A DNA stretch of 9,651 nucleotides from a virus (lineage: Duplodnaviria; Heunggongvirae; Uroviricota; Caudoviricetes). Positions 8,032 to 9,651 of the stretch are shown piece after piece. Every line of letters begins with the position of its first letter. Positions within the stretch are counted from its first letter, which is position 1. Location: the IMG/VR virus record IMGVR_UViG_2585427793_000010. One strand, 5' to 3'. The position numbers were made by a program, and so were the translations under genes. The notes below the pieces were generated by a model. It saw only the letters and a program-made list of their open reading frames with translations. It was not told the origin of the DNA and ran no database searches.

Positions 8032-8124
8032 ATGGAAACGTAATTAACTCAATAATCACCGGATGGTGAGGGCTTCCTTTTACCCAAACTCAGCGCGGTG
8101 CAGCGCATATACGTGGAGAACAAA

Positions 8125-8661
8125 ATGTCATTTATTAAAACTTTTTCCGGGAAGCATTTTTATTATGACAAGATAAATAAAGACGACATCGTGATTAACG
8201 ATATCGCGGTTTCCCTTTCAAATATCTGCCGCTTTGCCGGTCATCTTTCTCACTTCTACAGTGTCGCCCAACATGCGGTGCTTTGCAGCCAGCTGGTGCC
8301 GCAGGAATTTGCTTTTGAAGCATTAATGCATGATGCAACAGAAGCGTATTGCCAGGACATCCCCGCACCACTGAAACGCCTTCTTCCTGACTATAAACGG
8401 ATGGAAGAAAAAATAGATGCAGTAATCCGTGAGAAATACGGGTTACCTCCTGTTATGAGCACGCCAGTGAAATATGCCGATCTCATTATGCTGGCAACCG
8501 AACGCCGTGATCTCGGGCTTGATGATGGCTCTTTCTGGCCTGTACTGGAAGGCATCCCGGCAACAGAGATGTTCAACGTGATTCCACTGGCACCGGGTCA
8601 TGCCTACGGGATGTTTATGGAACGTTTTAACGATTTATCGGAGTTACGCAAATGCGCATGA
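8125..8661 (+). CDS. yfdR: HD-domain phosphohydrolase, YfbR-like 5'-deoxynucleotidase family
   Basis: 178-aa product from ATG 8125 (GGAG RBS, 6-nt spacer); the track ORF starts at an upstream GTG 8098. HD signature visible: H in SVAQHAV, HD in ALMHDATEAYCQDIP, downstream Asp in ADLIMLATERRDLG. Confidence 0.88.
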   Translation: MSFIKTFSGKHFYYDKINKDDIVINDIAVSLSNICRFAGHLSHFYSVAQHAVLCSQLVPQEFAFEALMHDATEAYCQDIPAPLKRLLPDYKRMEEKIDAVIREKYGLPPVMSTPVKYADLIMLATERRDLGLDDGSFWPVLEGIPATEMFNVIPLAPGHAYGMFMERFNDLSELRKCA

Positions 8662-9014
8662 ATGTTTTCGAAATGGAAGGGTTTCTTCGCGGGAAATGTG
8701 TACCGCGAGATCTGAAAGTGAACGAAACAAATGCTGAGTACCTGGTACGTAAATTCGACGCGCTTGAAGCTAAATGTGCGGCACTGGAAAACAAAATAAT
8801 ACCAGTGTCAGCTGAACTGCCACCAGCAAATGAAAGTGTTCTGTTATTTGATGCTAACGGAGAAGGCTGGCTGATTGGCTGGCGTTCTCTCTGGTACACC
8901 TGGGGACAAAAAGAAACCGGAGAATGGCAGTGGACATTTCAGGTTGGGGACCTTGAAAACGTCAATATCACTCACTGGGCAGTAATGCCAAAAGCACCGG
9001 AGGCTGGAGCATAA
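8652..9014 (+). CDS. yfdS: Conserved prophage protein of unknown function, Trp-rich C-terminus
   Basis: 120-aa ORF. Start overlaps the yfdR stop (ATG 8652, alternative ATG 8658 forming ATGA), with GGAG at 8640-8643, indicating translational coupling. Confidence 0.85.
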   Translation: MRMNVFEMEGFLRGKCVPRDLKVNETNAEYLVRKFDALEAKCAALENKIIPVSAELPPANESVLLFDANGEGWLIGWRSLWYTWGQKETGEWQWTFQVGDLENVNITHWAVMPKAPEAGA

Positions 9015-9319
9015 TGACCACATTTACCAATAAAGAACTGATTAAAGAAATCAAAGAACGAATCAGCAGCCTAGAGGTTCGAGACGATATTGAGCGCCGT
9101 GCTTATGAAATCGCACTCGTATCTCTGGAAGTAGAGCCAGATGAACGCGAAGCCTATGAATTATTCATGGAAAAGCGTTTCGGTGACTTAGTAGATCGTC
9201 GGAGAGCAAAAAACGGCGATAACGAATACATGGCATGGGATATGACTCTCGGTTGGATCATCTGGCAGCAACGAGCTGGTATCCATTTTTCAACAATGTC
9301 ACAACAAGAGGTGAAATAA
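9014..9319 (+). CDS. yfdT: Conserved prophage protein of unknown function
   Basis: 101-aa ORF. TAATG stop-start overlap with yfdS and GGAG RBS with 5-nt spacer. Confidence 0.85.
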   Translation: MTTFTNKELIKEIKERISSLEVRDDIERRAYEIALVSLEVEPDEREAYELFMEKRFGDLVDRRRAKNGDNEYMAWDMTLGWIIWQQRAGIHFSTMSQQEVK

Positions 9320-9375
9320 TAGAGCCATACAGCCTCACACTCGATGAGGCCTGTCAGTTTCTTAAAATATCCTGA
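9235..9375 (+). pseudogene. ypdJ: Excisionase/AlpA-like HTH fragment, truncated
   Basis: 46-codon ORF overlapping the yfdT 3' end in another frame. Only the segment after the yfdT stop (9322-9372, EPYSLTLDEACQFLKIS) looks protein-like and resembles the start of an Xis/AlpA helix-turn-helix; it stops before the recognition helix. Confidence 0.45.
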
Positions 9376-9415
9376 TCTACCATCGCCGTCATAGAGCGTA
9401 TTTTTATTACCTGAT

Positions 9416-9431
9416 TTGCAGGTTCGATTCC
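9416..9431 (+). other. tRNA T-arm-like 16-mer (TTGCAGGTTCGATTCC), isolated fragment
   Basis: Contains the canonical T-loop motif GGTTCGATTCC but no complementary 3' T-stem, acceptor or anticodon arm nearby. Lies between the excisionase fragment and torI. From memory it matches the T-arm of tRNA-Arg (argW); unverified. Confidence 0.4.
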
Positions 9432-9450
9432 CTATTCGGAGATAGCACTC

Positions 9451-9651
9451 ATGCAACACGAACTACAGCCTGATTCACTGGTTGATTTGAAATTCATCAT
9501 GGCTGATACTGGCTTTGGTAAAACCTTCATCTATGACCGGATTAAGTCAGGCGACCTGCCAAAAGCCAAAGTTATCCACGGGCGAGCAAGATGGTTATAT
9601 CGTGACCATTGTGAATTCAAAAATAAGCTCTTAAGCCGCGCCAATGGGTAA
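9451..9651 (+). CDS. torI: Excisionase (recombination directionality factor) and TorR response-regulator inhibitor
   Basis: 66-aa ORF recognised as TorI (MQHELQPDSLVDLKFIMADTGFGKTFIYDRIKSGDLPKAKVIHGRARW…). GGAGA RBS 8 nt upstream. Winged-helix Xis-like pattern. Confidence 0.93.
   Translation: MQHELQPDSLVDLKFIMADTGFGKTFIYDRIKSGDLPKAKVIHGRARWLYRDHCEFKNKLLSRANG

Larger units (their letters stand above)
1..9651. mobile_element. Cryptic lambdoid prophage body (CPS-53/KplE1-like, argW-integrating); att sites lie outside the window
   Basis: Integrase at the left end and excisionase (torI) at the right end, tail-fibre and tfa genes, gtr serotype-conversion cassette, and strong compositional mosaicism (about 30-38% GC at 2587-4258 versus about 50% elsewhere). 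Gene order and sizes match my recollection of K-12 KplE1; not database-verified. Confidence 0.85.

Noticed and set aside
7117-8049. Shared 9-mer TAATTAACT upstream of yfdQ (7117-7125) and yfdR (8041-8049) as a common operator or promoter element
   Set aside because: Short AT-rich motif in AT-rich intergenic DNA. Downstream spacing to any -10-like hexamer is inconsistent between the two sites, so chance recurrence is not excluded.
9416-9431. Possible complete tRNA gene around the GGTTCGATTCC motif
   Set aside because: Flanks do not form a T-stem, acceptor stem or anticodon arm, so it is only a fragment; kept as a relic feature.
7640-9459. Minus-strand ORFs 7640..7885, 8391..8576, 8627..8899 and 9154..9459
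   Set aside because: All lie antisense to the tightly packed yfdQ-yfdT genes; Ser/Arg-rich translations with no start-site support.
1-9651. CRISPR arrays, IS elements, rRNA or intact tRNA genes
   Set aside because: No regularly spaced direct repeats, no terminal inverted repeats flanking a transposase-like ORF, and no sequence with rRNA or complete tRNA character were seen.

Overview
The window reads as nearly the whole body of an argW-type cryptic lambdoid prophage, consistent with E. coli K-12 CPS-53/KplE1. This identification rests on my recognition of the gene order and protein sizes (IntS 385 aa, GtrA 120, GtrB 306, GtrS 443, YfdK 146, YfdP 120, YfdQ 274, YfdR 178, YfdS 120, YfdT 101, YpdJ 46, TorI 66) and was not checked against any database. 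The window begins at the integrase ATG and ends at the torI stop, so both att sites lie outside it. Left to right: (1) P4-type tyrosine integrase; (2) a gtrA-gtrB-gtrS O-antigen glucosylation cassette with overlapping ATGA junctions, whose third gene is markedly AT-rich; (3) a scrambled tail-fibre region with two convergent, overlapping tail-fibre-assembly genes, an AT-rich antisense tail-fibre-like fragment and a 213-codon tail-fibre ORF; (4) a short unit of small ORFs of unknown function; (5) a 437-bp GC-rich intergenic region; (6) a rightward operon yfdP-yfdQ-yfdR-yfdS-yfdT ending in a degenerate excisionase fragment, a tRNA T-arm-like 16-mer and the intact excisionase torI. No rRNA, intact tRNA, CRISPR array or IS element was seen. 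The most interesting candidates are the uncharacterised yfdPQRST module with its HD-domain phosphohydrolase, the GC-rich leader, and the excisionase-fragment plus tRNA-like relic upstream of torI. All functional calls are motif- or memory-based inference.
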